Source of the DNA: Trypethelium eluteriae
Lineage: Eukaryota
NCBI GenBank assembly: GCA_051942245.1
Contig: JAVECL010000006.1
Location: forward strand, 1 to 64,000
Length of the DNA stretch: 64,000 nucleotides
Reading direction: 5' to 3'
Positions within the stretch are counted from its first letter, which is position 1. Every line of letters starts with the position of its first letter. A program made the translations under genes and the position numbers. Under the pieces are notes generated by a model that worked only from the letters and a program-made list of their open reading frames with translations, did not search any database and had not been told where the DNA came from. This document shows positions 51,278-64,000 of the stretch, in pieces.

Positions 51278-51613
51278 CTACTCTAAGCCTCCCTGGGTAT
51301 TTTCCAAGATATCTTCTTCGGTATCTTGCTTCCCAATAACACTCACGTCTTCGCTAAATCGGACCTTTTTCCCCTTCCCCTTCATTCGCTGTACCCTGGC
51401 TCGGACCTTTTTACTGATTGCTGTGCATCTTTTTTGAGACACTATTTCTTGCATTTGTTCAGTTACTTCGTGCTTGCAAGATTCGCAATAGCCTGCAACC
51501 GACTTTCCTTTCGGGTGTAGAACGTGGCATTGTGTTGCGTTCTCAGAACATCTCTCGATAGCGGTATAGTAATGACCACAAATGGAGTAAACTACTCGTT
51601 TGTCAAAACACAT
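51278..51613 (-). CDS. Small Cys/His-rich hypothetical protein (MC..Y..CGH..C..C..CxxC)
   Basis: Pattern common in small fungal ORFs; ATG at 51613. Confidence 0.55.
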   Translation of the reverse strand: MCFDKRVVYSICGHYYTAIERCSENATQCHVLHPKGKSVAGYCESCKHEVTEQMQEIVSQKRCTAISKKVRARVQRMKGKGKKVRFSEDVSVIGKQDTEEDILENTQGGLE

Positions 51614-52713
51614 GCTTGTCGATCTTCGTCTTGGAATATCTTTGATAGGTTTCACGCATGCTTACGGCCGTCTTTTAAGGTCTTGGACTCATGTTGAGGT
51701 ACACGAGATCGTGTGACAAGCAGAGTAAGGGTATTGTAAAGAAGCCTTGTTGAATTTGAGAACTGTCCTTGTGTTGATTACATGGGCATTGTTCTGTGTT
51801 AAATTTGCGATGACAAAGAGAAGCACTCTTTGTACTCGGACATGAGCCGAGTGTGCAGTCTGCATGCTAATTGGAGAATAGACAGTCTTTTTTACATGCA
51901 TTCCCTTGACTGAGATAGAACACCTCACTTACAGCTCTTTTGGTGTCCTGTAGACCAATCGATCGTCCCTCATCGTTGGCTGATCTCGGCTTCCAGGTAA
52001 GAGATATCTGTCATCGTGCTCACGGAAGTCTTTGTCTTTGTTCAATCGGTGCTTGGCAAACGAAAACATGCTCAGCCAAGCAATCTTCTAACACCATTTT
52101 TAAAGAGCCAATGACTATCTCGAAAAAGAAATAGAGAAGAGATAGGTCTGAGAGGACGCTTGGAGACGTCATGAATAGAAAAACGTCCACACTCACTGAA
52201 GAGCTTTCGTACATGGAAAAAGCTTTACTGAAGTATGATTGTCATTGGTGACCCTCCTCTTAGATTGAAAAGGAATTACTTGGATGAGTTCAGCCCAACT
52301 GACCATCAATCGACATAAAACCCCGCGATAAGAGGAGGAAAGAGGACTTAAAAAGCGCATGTCGTGGCGAATGTTCGACTGTCAACAAAATTATCGAGAT
52401 ACGAAAGCTTTGCGCGATTACTGTTGGATAGATTGACTGCGACGCAGTCGAGCTTTTTCTGCGAAGTTAACCTCTGCCTGTCAAAATTTCGAGCTGGAGT
52501 GGAGGAGAATGACAGTGCAACAGACAAGATGCATCAGATTCATACAACGGGGTATAGCAATAAATCTACCCTTCTAATATAGCCAAAACCATTTCCCTGA
52601 TTTGGCCGTACGCCTAGCAATGCAAACTCTGGAAATGCAACGAGAGAGAAAGGCGAAGAATTAGACAACTAATGAGAAGCAAGCCGACTTTCCGTGATAT
52701 CCATGCCAGTTCG

Positions 52714-55700
52714 TTATCCTGCATCCTCCAATTGGACGTCAAAGCTTCTTCTCACAGGCCCATTCGCTTCGCCAATAATTTGTCCTTTTGCTTTGAGAGG
52801 TAGATCTCGGCTGCTGAATCCAATCGAGAACTCGAACTCTCCCTTAGGCAGCCTCCAATTCTGCGCACCAATATCCCAATAACTCAGGTCCCGCCTGTTA
52901 ATGTCAAACGCTACCGTTCTCTTGGCTCCAGCAGGCACTTGAACCTTCTCGAAACCTCTCAAGACACGTACAGGAAAGTCTACCCTGGGATTATATTCTT
53001 CCATTGTCTCAGTGCTGCAAGATGTGATGTTTCTTCCATTCACGTCCAAAAATGAGTTCAAGGGATTGGTCTCGTTGGCTGTGAGAGGATCGTTCGTCAT
53101 ATTGTAAGTGCAGTTGGCAAAATGCGTCGCGTTCCAGGTGTGATCGAAAACATCGTCAGGAAAGCCTACGTAAAGCTGGACGACGGCCGCACCGTCGGTG
53201 TCCCCTATGTTTGCAACGTGTACCTCCACATGCATGGCACGAATCCAGAGGTCTGGATGGCCACCCTGGGAGCCGCCCGCAGGATGAGGCGGCTTGACCC
53301 AAGTGTAGCCGTGAGGATAGTGGTACCGACCCTTTTTGACTTCGGAGAGCGAGTCGAGCCAGGGATATACATACTTCTTAATTTTAGTAAAATTGGACGG
53401 TATGAGAGCCTCTTGAGGATTTGGTAACTGCATGGGATAACCCGGAGGTGTAACGCCCCCAGGTCGGCCAATAGGGAATGACTCATTATTTTGTGCAACA
53501 TGCTCAAGCTTAAAACCAGAGAGCTCAAACGTGGTGTAGCTGAGTCCATATCCAAATTCGTAACGCGGTGTGATTTCGTTCTTATCAAAGTAACGATAAT
53601 CAATATAGAGGCCTTTTGTAAAATTTTGTTGTGGCCTTAGCCCATTCGCATTAAACAGAATCTGAGCGTCGGGCCCGTAATCTTGAAGTGATTTGCCAAC
53701 GGTATAGGGAAGGCGGCCAGAAGGATTGACGTCCCCAAAGAGAACGTCCGCAAGAGAACTACCTGACTCCTGGCTGGGTAAATGTGCAAGAATCACGCCC
53801 TTGATAGCAGGATGCTCAATCCAGGGCTCAACGGTCACAGGGCCTACGGCATGGATAATGACGACAACGGCTGCCTCACCTCTCCCACAGTGATCGGCAA
53901 TATGCTTGATCAATCGATCGCCGCCTTTCTGAAGGCCAAGATCGTTGCGATCACCTTTTATATTCCCACTGGCGATGTATCCTTCACCTCCATCGGAGTT
54001 GGCAAACACGAGACAGAGATCCTGATTGGAAAGGACACTAGCTGATGGTAGGTTATTTGTGGTTGACTCGGTTATCGAAACACTGTCGTTGAACGCTTGA
54101 CGGAGCGCTTCCACGGGCGATATGAGGTACGGATACTCCGCAGTTCCAGAGCCCCAACCTTGCCCGAGTGTGCCTACATTGCATCCGCGATCCTCACAAG
54201 CATTGCGTCCCCTAGGATTCGTTGCCGCGTCTTCGCCAAATATTCCAACGTGGAATTCTTTCCCTTCTCCATTCAGAACTTCTTTGGCCGACCAGCCAAT
54301 CCTGGATAGGGGGAGAATATTGTCAACGTTCTCAACAATGACGATCCCTTCAGCAGCAATGGCACGAGCAAGGAGCTGGTGAGAATCAGACCCATTACCT
54401 CCGACGTTTTGCACATCCATGTATTTGTTCACGATGCCGGTAGTAGGATCGTCACTGCCTGGATGCAAAAGTCCCGTCTCGTTAAGGGTCCAACTGGAGA
54501 AGTTTGGTCCACCGTCTCCTTCTGGAGGCGGCAGTGGCCAGTTGAGCGTATTGTCCTGCCCCATGTGGTACCATGCTGCCACAACCCTTGCGACCATATC
54601 ATTCAGTCTGTCAATGGGTACACTTCCATTTAACACGGCCTTGGTCAATTCTTTACCCCACAGACTTCTACCATCAGCCCATCGAAGTCCATCTCCTGGC
54701 ATGGTCATGTCTAACCCCGCGAGGGCGCTCGCGACACCACTTCGTTGAGCTAGCCAATCACTTTGCACGAAGCCTTGAAAGCCAAATTCGTCCTTGAGGA
54801 TGCCGTTCAAGAGCTTGCTGTTTTGGCAGGCATATGAATTGTTGACTTGATTGTAGCTGCACATGATACTACCGACATCTGCGCCAACAGCATCCATAAA
54901 AGGCCAAGCATATACCTCATGCATTGTGCGGTCGTCAACGTTACTCGAAATGGCATTCGGAGTTCCCCATTCCCAAGCTTGTCGGAAATGCTCTTGTTCA
55001 TTGGCAACAAAATGCTTCGCAGTCGCGATGACCCCCTCCCCTTGGATACCTCTGATGGTTTGGCTCGATGCCCAGCCTGCAAGAACGGGATCAGGTGAAA
55101 ACCCCTCCCAATTTCGACCACCAGCGGGCATGCGCCCCAGAGGCCCCATAGATGGTCCGAGAATAATATTGATGCCTTTGAGTCGGGCCTCAATCGCTTG
55201 AGCTTGACCGCGTCTGCGCATCAAGTCCTTGTTCCAGGTTGCACCGACGGTCAGTCCTGCGGGCCAGGCTGTTGCATGATCCGCGAATCGAAGGCCTAGA
55301 GGGCCATCCTGAAGACACAAGCTTGGGAAGCCCAAACGTGGTACAGCACCAGTATTGCCGACACACATTTCCATTGACCAGCCCACGCCCGTTGTAACAT
55401 TGACTTTCTCGGGTAGAGTCATTTGCTTGACCAAGATTTGTGCTTTTCTAAATGAATCTGTCCATCCAGCATATCGCCCTCCTTTTGGTGTGGGATAGTA
55501 CGGCTCAGACTCGCCATAGGGAGAAGCGGCACCATCATTGTAGATCCAAAGGCTGCCTGCAAAGAAGAGGAGCAGGATGGCAGACAAGATCGTGAGCACT
55601 AGAAGACAGAAAGATCGACTGGTGCCAGAGCACCGTCGCCATAGTCGCCAGCGAGGTGGGCGGTAGCTTCTGAGAAGCTTCTCTTGTATTGAGTTCCCTT

Positions 55701-55977
55701 CACGCAGGGGCGCTGTCTCGGAGTCGAACCTCTTTGCTATCCTTCGTCCACTTCTCCTTGTATGCCTGGTCTCGTAATTCAGAGGGTCGAGTTCCCCGAC
55801 GTCAGAGAGGTCTTCGTTCTCCCGTTCATCTTCGCTTTCAGAAGAACCGTGATAAGCGGCATCGAGAGAGAAGCGAGCGAGGGATGTGCTATGCGGAGGC
55901 GAGGGCGGAGTTCTCTGCTGATATGGCTGGCGTAGATTACACGAATTTTGCCTGCGATGTGTTGCCGAATTTAACAT
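52714..55977 (-). CDS. GH3 beta-glucosidase with N-terminal tail and TM anchor (BglE-like)
   Basis: CLQDGPLG, GGRNWEGF, KHF, MCSYN, nucleophile QSDW, FGYGLSYT, Fn3-like LRGFEKV; TM at ~aa 122-144. Confidence 0.93.
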   Translation of the reverse strand: MLNSATHRRQNSCNLRQPYQQRTPPSPPHSTSLARFSLDAAYHGSSESEDERENEDLSDVGELDPLNYETRHTRRSGRRIAKRFDSETAPLREGNSIQEKLLRSYRPPRWRLWRRCSGTSRSFCLLVLTILSAILLLFFAGSLWIYNDGAASPYGESEPYYPTPKGGRYAGWTDSFRKAQILVKQMTLPEKVNVTTGVGWSMEMCVGNTGAVPRLGFPSLCLQDGPLGLRFADHATAWPAGLTVGATWNKDLMRRRGQAQAIEARLKGINIILGPSMGPLGRMPAGGRNWEGFSPDPVLAGWASSQTIRGIQGEGVIATAKHFVANEQEHFRQAWEWGTPNAISSNVDDRTMHEVYAWPFMDAVGADVGSIMCSYNQVNNSYACQNSKLLNGILKDEFGFQGFVQSDWLAQRSGVASALAGLDMTMPGDGLRWADGRSLWGKELTKAVLNGSVPIDRLNDMVARVVAAWYHMGQDNTLNWPLPPPEGDGGPNFSSWTLNETGLLHPGSDDPTTGIVNKYMDVQNVGGNGSDSHQLLARAIAAEGIVIVENVDNILPLSRIGWSAKEVLNGEGKEFHVGIFGEDAATNPRGRNACEDRGCNVGTLGQGWGSGTAEYPYLISPVEALRQAFNDSVSITESTTNNLPSASVLSNQDLCLVFANSDGGEGYIASGNIKGDRNDLGLQKGGDRLIKHIADHCGRGEAAVVVIIHAVGPVTVEPWIEHPAIKGVILAHLPSQESGSSLADVLFGDVNPSGRLPYTVGKSLQDYGPDAQILFNANGLRPQQNFTKGLYIDYRYFDKNEITPRYEFGYGLSYTTFELSGFKLEHVAQNNESFPIGRPGGVTPPGYPMQLPNPQEALIPSNFTKIKKYVYPWLDSLSEVKKGRYHYPHGYTWVKPPHPAGGSQGGHPDLWIRAMHVEVHVANIGDTDGAAVVQLYVGFPDDVFDHTWNATHFANCTYNMTNDPLTANETNPLNSFLDVNGRNITSCSTETMEEYNPRVDFPVRVLRGFEKVQVPAGAKRTVAFDINRRDLSYWDIGAQNWRLPKGEFEFSIGFSSRDLPLKAKGQIIGEANGPVRRSFDVQLEDAG

Positions 55978-56615
55978 TGTCGCACTTGGATTGACCCGAG
56001 CCCAAGCCGTAGCTCATGTGTTGTGAGCGGTGGCCAGTGGATGGTGCGGATAGAATGAGACGCGAAAGACGAGAGGAACGAGAGGGACGAGAGGGATGAT
56101 TGAGAGCTATCGTCCTCACATTGGGAGAGCGCACGGCAGAGTGACGATGCTGGTGAACCGTCGAGGCCAGCGTGGGCCCTACGACGGCTCACCGCAGTTG
56201 GAGAGATACCACAGGAGTCTTGGCATTCTGTCTTTAGTAGGGGTTGGACTTGGGCTTGGGATGGTGGGACCACGGCATGACCCATGATCGCATACGGCCC
56301 TGTCTAGGTACGGTAAGAACTGGTACCACAGATACGACCGAACAGATGGCCCCGGATCGAGTCAGTCCTCTCTCGTAACTAATCTCTCGATGAGCCAGGT
56401 GTTCGGCACACTGAAACCCGACACTTCAGCAATTAGGGCGAACTCGCTTGTCTCATCTCAAGGACGGGTGCGCATTTTACGCGTCGCTTCGGCTCGTTAC
56501 CATGGCTTTCCACGCGTCACTGATCTTCACCTTTGGCTAGGTCGAAATGACAATGCCATGCCTTATGCAACAGCCCTGCCACAGGGTACCGATGCTCTAT
56601 ATCAACATTTTCTAT

Positions 56616-58228
56616 CTACATCTCGCCTATCTGCTCCAGGATTCCTGCTAAATTGATGCTCTTGGGACGCTCTATGGGGAGTCCCAGAGCACGATCCCAA
56701 ATCAATTGCGCCAACGGCCCAAGCCCACGGCTGACTCCAAAAGTTGCCGTGTAGTACAGCGTTTCTTTGAATCCGAAGTGATGGAATAGCACACCAGAAG
56801 ATGAGTCGACATTCGGGAAGGGATTCTTGGTCTGTTCGCGACTCTTCGCATTAGCTGAGGTTTTTTCTGGTGGGGCCTAGATTACGGTATGCAACAAATA
56901 ACACCCAACTCACCTTGCCGTGCTCCATGAGTACACCAGGTGCAACTTCGGAATTCATCCGGACAAGTTGGAACACCGGGTCTTCAGCGATTTCTGGACG
57001 AGCCTTGGCGAAGTCCATCAGCGCTTCAAATCTGGGATCAGGTTTCCGTAGCACGGCGTGGCCATAGCCGGGAACCACTCGTCCAGATTTGAGTGTACTC
57101 CAAAGGTACTCCTTTACTTCCTTTTCGCTGAACTTCGTACCTACATGTTCCTGCATTTGCAAGATCCAGCGTAGCACTTCCTGTGCAGCCAAGCCATGCA
57201 ATGGACCTGAGAGACCCTGCAAGCCAGCGCTGTAACTCAAAAATGGATCGCTGAGCGCACTGCCGACAAGATGCGTTGCATGTGCTGAGACGTTGCCTCC
57301 CTCATGATCACCATGCAGCGCAAGATACAGTCGAAGCAAATCTTGGAACCCTTCATTGTCCTTGCCGCTCTTCCCAAGCATGGCAGCAAAGTTGTATGAC
57401 CAATCTTGCTCCATATCAACCTCTGCGGGTAGCGCGCCTCCGCCGCGATATGCATTTTGATAGATGCGCGCGGCAATTGTAGGAAGCTTTGCAAGCAGTG
57501 TCACGCAATCATCATACGTCGGCTCCCAGTAGTCTGCCTTATTCATGCCTTGCTCATATCTTTTTGCAAAGACACTTTCGTAATTGAGTGCCGAGACTGC
57601 GCAGGCGAATTGCGTCATTGGATGCAAGTCCTTGGGGAAATTATTCAGCATATCTTCCACAAACTTCGGTATCTGACTTTTCTGCGCAAGCTCCTTACTG
57701 AATCCGCGAACTTGGGTGATGGAGGGTACTTCCCCCGTCAGGAGGAGCCAGAACATCCCTTCCGGAAGCATCTCTGTGCCGGAAGTGCCCTTAGGAAGCT
57801 GCGACTGGCAGTCCTTGATCGTTCGCCCATGAAAGCGAATGCCTTCGTTCGCATCCAGTACGGAACCTTCCCAAAGCATTGCTTTCAGCCCTCTTCACTT
57901 GTGTTAGCAGGATGCGCTAGCCATTGGTAATCCACGAGGAAATCACCTCATGCCTCCTAGGGTATTTTCTACTTTGACATCTCCAAGCTTTCTGTCTGCA
58001 TGTCCCTTAACTTTCCTGAGCAGTTCTCGCTTTGTAGGTATTACTCGGGAAAGGGTTTCTTTGAGGTCGGGTTCTCGTGTTGAGGCATATCTTCGCTTAG
58101 ACGTAGCTCGTACTGTGGAGGACTTGCAAGAGTTAGTACGTTCTTCACTACGAGAAATCTAAGACAGGGATTTGAGTAACCTTGAGAGCTCTAAGGGCTC
58201 GAGGGGTTGAGCGGGCATTGAGCGCCAT
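56616..58228 (-). CDS. mcsA: Mitochondrial 2-methylcitrate synthase (citrate synthase family)
   Basis: [37 protein letters not shown]; Arg-rich presequence; divergent from the methylisocitrate lyase gene. Confidence 0.85.
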
Positions 58229-58394
58229 TGCGCCCAGGAGAAGAATTCTTAGTTAGCAATATACAGGCAGACAATCCAAAGCTGCAAGACCGACGCCAAA
58301 CTCGGCGCCAGTGGACTGAGAGTTAGCAAAGTAGCTCCGGCGGGATCAGTGGGATTCAGAGGTGTTTGCGGGGACGAGTGTGATGTTTTCTGAG

Positions 58395-58400
58395 CCGAGG
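58395..58400 (-). promoter_or_regulatory. Candidate FarA/FarB site (CCTCGG) in the mcsA/mclA promoter
   Basis: ccgagg on the + strand; a 6-mer, so weak alone. Confidence 0.35.
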
Positions 58401-58686
58401 ATTGCCGCGATCCCTGGCGTCATCTTTCGGAGATAATAGCGTCTACTCTACCCACTCTAAATACGAATCACACTGGAGAACGTACAGACCCAACGACAAG
58501 CAAGTCAATCTGGCACTGGACGGCCGACTCAACGCACACCAGACTCAAGCATCGAGAAGCCTTATCGGAATGAAAAAGAAGCTGCTCCATCAACTTTATT
58601 AAGATCGCATTCCAGAACAAACCTTGTAGGCGAGCCTTTGGATACTTGCATCATAGCCTCTGACGCCGTCAGTGGCGTAGGGAAAG

Positions 58687-60798
58687 ATGTTGCGAAGAGT
58701 TATAAGACCGAGACCGAGACCTTTATGTCCTTACTTGAGGTTGAGTTGTCCTCATCGACTGACCTGTCCTCGAAGCCTCGCCATCCCGACGCGTCAGATG
58801 TCGAATTCCCTTCTCCCGTCCGTATCCCCTCCAGTATTCTCGGCATCCCCTTCAGACGCCTTCCAACTTTTATCTGAGCAGGAAAAAACAGGCCAGGCAG
58901 AAGATGTACTTTTCAATGCTGAAGTTGAGCAAGTTCAGGATTGGTGGAAGACTCCCCGATATGCGGGTATCAAGCGACCATACTCTGCGGCGGACGTTGT
59001 CAGTAAGAGGGGGACCCTACAGCAGACGTATCCAAGCTCGTTAATGGCAAGGAAACTTTTCAACCTTCTAAGCGAGAGGGCAGGGAAGGGGGAGCCTGTA
59101 CATACCAGTGCGTTATCGACCAATCGAATGTTAGCCTCGTCTTTGGTCATCGCTGATTTCGATACTTGAGCACGAAAGTGGGAGCTATTGACCCTGTGCA
59201 AATGACTCAACAAGCACCCAATCAAGAGATACTATATGTCTCAGGATGGGCCTGTTCTTCCGTTCTAACTACTACCAATGAAGTATCTGCCGATTTTGGT
59301 GACTACCCTTACAATACGGTTCCTAACCAGGTTCAACGTCTTTTCAAAGCCCAGCAGCTACACGACCGCAAACAATTTGACTCTCGAAGGACAATGTCTG
59401 CTACAGAAAGATCGGAACAACCATATCTGGATTATCTAAGGCCGATCGTTGCAGATGGTGATACCGGGTATGTGCTTCAGATGACCCATCTGTACCGGTG
59501 CGTACCTAGCTCATCGCTTCTCTAACTTCGCGACAGTCATGGTGGTCTCACTGCGGTAATGAAGCTCGCGAAGTTATTTGCGGAGAATGGAGCGGCAGGT
59601 GTGCACTTTGAAGATCAACTTCATGGTGGCAAGAAATGTGGACATTTAGCTGGGAAAGTTCTCGTTCCCATGTCGGACCATATCAATCGTCTCGTCGCTG
59701 CCAGATTCCAGTGGGACATCATGGGCACTGAAAACCTCGTGATCGCGAGGACTGATAGCGAAAGTGGCAAATTGCTGTGTAGCGCGGTAGATGTAAGAGA
59801 TCATGAATTTTTGCTAGGGACCACAACCGAAGATGAGCAACCACTGAGTGAAATACTACAAGAGATGGAGATGAAAGGGGCGGATGGTGCAGCAATCGAC
59901 GCTACTGAAGCAGAATGGGTTAAGAATCATAAACTGGTTACGTTTGATGAGGGTAATCATGCACTTTCTCCTATCCACACCATCCTTTCTTTCAAATCTC
60001 TGGCCCATGTGTAGAACTGATACCTCTCTAGCTGCGCTGGTTCATCTTCAAAAGGAGGGCGCGTCCGAAGCTGTGGTCAAGAAATATCAAGACCAAACGC
60101 AGCAGAATCCCAACATGTCCTTGTCACAGCGTTCTCGTCTTACTACTTCCCTTGCCCCTTCCAAGACCGCTCCAAGTTTTTCCATCGACATACCCCGCAC
60201 TCGGGAAGGCTTCTATCACTACCGTGCCGGTCTGCACGCGGCGACAAAACGTGCCATCGAATTCGCGCCTTTCGCTGACCTTCTCTGGCTTGAAACTGCA
60301 GATCCAAATGTGGAAAAGGCAGCGGGCTTTGCCCGAGAGATCAAAGCCGCTACCGAAGGCATGGGCCTCGGCGGCAAAGGAGGCAAAAGTTTGGTGTACA
60401 ATCTTTCGCCGAGTTTCAACTGGGCAGGCCACGGGTTCAGTGACTCTGCACTCCGAAATTTCATATGGGATCTTGCGAAGGAGGGGTTTGTCCTTCAACT
60501 GATCTCTCTTGCTGGCCTACACTCGACAGCTACCATTACCAATGAGCTGTCCAAAGGGTTTAAGGAAGACGGTATGCTGGCATATGTAAATCTGGTTCAG
60601 AAGAGAGAAAAGGATTTGGGCTGTGACGTTCTGACGCATCAAAAGTGGAGCGGAGCGAGCTATGTAGATGGCATGGTCGGCGCTGTGCAGAGTGGTAGCA
60701 GTGGAACCAAAGGCATGGGTGAAGGTAACACGGAAGCCGGTAAGTTCTCCCAATCGTTTCCAGAATATAGTCAGCTGAAGTTGAGAATAGGATTTTGA
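58687..60798 (+). CDS. mclA: Mitochondrial 2-methylisocitrate lyase (ICL family)
   Basis: YVSGW, KKCGH catalytic motif, [17 protein letters not shown]; Arg-rich presequence [11 protein letters not shown]; 4 introns. Confidence 0.88.
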
Positions 60799-61904
60799 AT
60801 GTTCTATTCACATCAAGGAGAAAAAAAAAAAAAAAGAAGAGAAGTGGGTATGACGAAACAGATGATGGATACCGGCTGCAGTCGTCTAACAAAAGGGCGG
60901 TCTGGTACGGATTGTGCTCCCACAACGGTTACTTCGAGCTTTTCCTCGACGCTACAGTAAAGTGGTTTTCATACACTTCAGAGGCCCGACGAGCCAAGGT
61001 CAAGGTACCGGTGTAGCTACTCAAGTTAAATTGCCCAGTACGCACATTCCCATATCTGCTGTGGTGTAATCGTGCATTAGCACCACCGGCCACGTGGAGC
61101 GCAGCTGGCACCCTTGCACCGTTGATTGCTCATGGCAAGCAATGGACCAGTGGAGATACCATTCCGAGAAATACTGACTCTGACTCCAGATGCGAGAGGA
61201 GAGAGTAAGACTTCGTCAATTCCAGGGTACTGTCACTGCTCGGTGGCCCGCTAAATTATTAGTGGCTGCCCCACATCGGTTGCAATTGTTTAGTCCTGAT
61301 TTCGTCGGCAATTGTTTGGTAGCTCATTGCGGCCGTGATTACAAACTGGAGCATCCCACCATGCTTTACATCGACTCTCGAAGGTCCGATATGAAGAAGC
61401 AAGACTCCTACATCAGAACCGATTCGGCTCCCTCATACTCTACCTGCTCCTTTCTCCTCTGATTTCCGTCTGGTGGCTACGTGCTCACAATCGGCAGAGG
61501 ATCTATTGCTATGCCCCGCAAACGGCCACTAATGCCTCAAACCCCTGCCATTTGCGGGGCGGCATTATCGAGCTTGCTTCAAGATTACGCAGAGGCACTT
61601 GGGAAGGCAGCGTATTGTGAATGCGTCGAGTTCCGACCTAACCAATCATGTTGTGCATCATGTACATCTTGCCGAGGATAAATCAGAGAAGGGAACCGAT
61701 GGGTTTGGCCAAACTGCAGCAACCTCATGTAACCTGGAGCTCCGCAAGCTTGCGCCGGCTTGCTTGCATCATGCCTCACGTTGACTTGATTTTCCTCATT
61801 CCTTTCCATCAAATGTCTCGTCTGTAATGGATGGGTTTTGGCAATTTTGAAATAGACTCCGTCAATCTTTCGTCTCGCTTTCATATTATTCGTGTTCGCA
61901 ATCG

Positions 61905-63970
61905 ATGGCACTCGGTACACCTACATCTTTCCAATTCTCCATGTCAGAATACTGACAGCTTCGATAGCGACTGGAACTGCTGTCGTAGCTGGGGCAACAG
62001 CAGTAGCCGCTTACATTGATGCGAAATGGCAGATCCGGCAAGACCTTAAAGCTCTAAGCCATATAAGATGGGCAGAAAAAGGCGTTCAAGAAGCAGGTAG
62101 TTCCATTTGTCCGTCGGATGCGAAAACAGCACTACTCACGTCTCTCGGTACTCAGAAGCGAAGAAACGAGCGTGTCTCTGGTACTTCTTCGAGGACCAAG
62201 CTCAGCGCCTTACATCTGATCGCTGTATTTGGTCGAGGGCAGCTATCTTCACCTGGAGTGAAACGTACGATCAGGCCTGTCGATATGGCACTCTACTACG
62301 CTCCATGGGCATACAACCCCGGGACTTGTGCGCATTCTATCTCCAAAACTCCCCGGAATTCATGATGGCGTTGCTGGGCAGCTGGGCTGTAGGATCTGCC
62401 CCAGCAATGGTCAACTATAATCTGAGTGGGGACGCGCTAGTACATTGCTTACGGCTCGCCAATGCAAAGGTTCTGCTCGTTGATGAGGATGAGGCTTGTC
62501 GAGCCCGGGTCGAGGAAGAACGCCATAGGATTGAAGAACAGTTGGGCATGAAGATTGTGATCCTCGACATGGCAAAGAAAGAAGAGGTGAGTAGCACTCC
62601 CGCCGTCCGCCCGCCAGACACATTACGAGAACTACTGGATGGAGAATTCCCAATTTTTTTGCTCTACACCAGCGGAACTACGGGAATGCCCAAAGCCTGT
62701 CGATTTCCAATAGCAAGAGCTTGGCCTTTTGGTGGGCCGATGTTGACTAGTCTTGGCTTAAAACCCGGTCCAAATGGAGATACTTGGTACGATTGCATGC
62801 CTTTATACCATGGGACGGGTTGCTGTACAGCCTTGGCAGCACTTTGTTCGGGGATCAGTCTTGCAATCGGCAAGAAATTCTCTGCCGCGAAATTCTGGGA
62901 TGACGTGAGAGACAGCGGAGCAAATGCATTCGTCTATGTAGGCGAGACGGCAAGGTACCTGCTCGCGCGACCTCCAAGTCCTAGAGATAGAGATCACAAT
63001 GTAAAAGTCATGTATGGAAATGGGATGAGGCCGGACGTGTGGAAAAATTTTAGAGATCGGTTCGGCATTGACACCATCATGGAGTTTTTCAACAGCACCG
63101 AAGGTGTCTTCGGCCTCGCAAATCCCTCTAGAGGTCTGCTCTTCCACGGCACGCAGCCCAGAACAGGATTGAAGCTAACACGATTGGATAGGGGACTTCA
63201 CCGCTACAGCCGTTGGCCATCATGGAGGCATCCTTCGCTTCCGTGTCCGCAATTATTTCATCGCTGTCGAGCCAGACTATGAGACCGGCGATCTGCTTCG
63301 GGACCCTGAAACCGGCTGGGTAAAGCGGAATACACTCGAAGAAGGCGGGGAAATCATTGTCGCCGTGCCAGATGAGAATCTTTTCCCTGGTTATCACAAC
63401 AATCCTGAAGCCACCGCCAAAAAATTCGTTCGAAACGTCTTTCGGGAAGGCGACTTGTACTTTCGAAGTGGCGATGCTCTCAGACGAGACAGTGAAGGCA
63501 GGTGGTTCTTCTTGGATAGACTAGGGGATACCTTCCGATGGAAAAGCGAGAACGTTTCGACGGCCGAGGTTGCCGAGGTTATTGGCCGTTATCCAGGTGT
63601 CGTAGAGGCAAATGTCTATGGAGTCCTGGTTCCCGGCCATGACGGCCGAGCAGGCTGTGCAGCAATTTTCATTGATCCACAAGCACGGCAGGGATTCGAC
63701 TTTAATGATTTATTGAAACATGCCCAGACTGTGCTTCCGCGCTATGCTGTCCCAGTATTCCTGAGGATTGTCGAGGAAATGACGCCGATTCACAATAACA
63801 AGCAGAACAAGGTGCCTCTAAGGAAAGAGGGCGTAGATCCAGATGCCATAATTCAAGGCGTAGCAGGACAGAACGACACGTTACTCTGGTGTCCTCCGCC
63901 GGGATCCAGTTATATCCCGTTCGGACAGAAAGATTGGGAGGGACTGCAAGGCGGGAAGGCAAGGCTCTAG
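61905..63970 (+). CDS. FAT1: Very-long-chain acyl-CoA synthetase/fatty acid transport protein, C-terminal ARL (PTS1)
   Basis: YTSGTTGMPK AMP-binding motif, YVGETARYL, DRLGDTFRWKSENVST; 3 introns. Confidence 0.9.
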
Positions 63971-64000
63971 CAGAGTAGCTGCGATCTAGAATACGCAACA

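Noticed and set aside
60821..60835. Poly-A run after mclA as a retroposition scar
   Set aside because: The gene retains introns and there is no TSD; ordinary homopolymer
1..64000. CRISPR arrays, rRNA genes, autonomous transposons
   Set aside because: No repeat-spacer arrays, rRNA signatures, or transposase/RT ORFs seen

Overview
Gene-dense, intron-containing DNA from a filamentous ascomycete (Pezizomycotina). Introns are GT-AG with CTRAC-type branch points, mostly 45-150 nt. About 27 protein genes, one tRNA-Lys(UUU) and one pseudogene are supported. Left to right: a divergent pair of a non-canonical glutamine-synthetase-like ligase and an SDR; housekeeping genes (MTC5/WDR59, UBC13, RPL24, CNL1-like); a ~19 kb candidate catabolic island (core MetE-like enzyme, two FAD monooxygenases ending in PTS1 signals, MFS transporter, P450, choline-type permease, 4,5-dihydroxyphthalate decarboxylase-like protein, EutQ-like cupin, Zn2Cys6 regulator); tRNA-Lys; FMP46-like; a large RRM/low-complexity protein; GH64; PTH11-like; GH3; a divergent methylcitrate synthase/methylisocitrate lyase pair; FAT1. 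Top observations: (1) a ~190 nt foldback hairpin inside the unusually long first intron of the SDR; (2) signs of a fungal gamma-glutamylation route for ethanolamine/amines; (3) the putative aromatic-catabolism cluster, partly peroxisomal. Gene models were spliced by eye and family calls come from motif recognition, not database searches.
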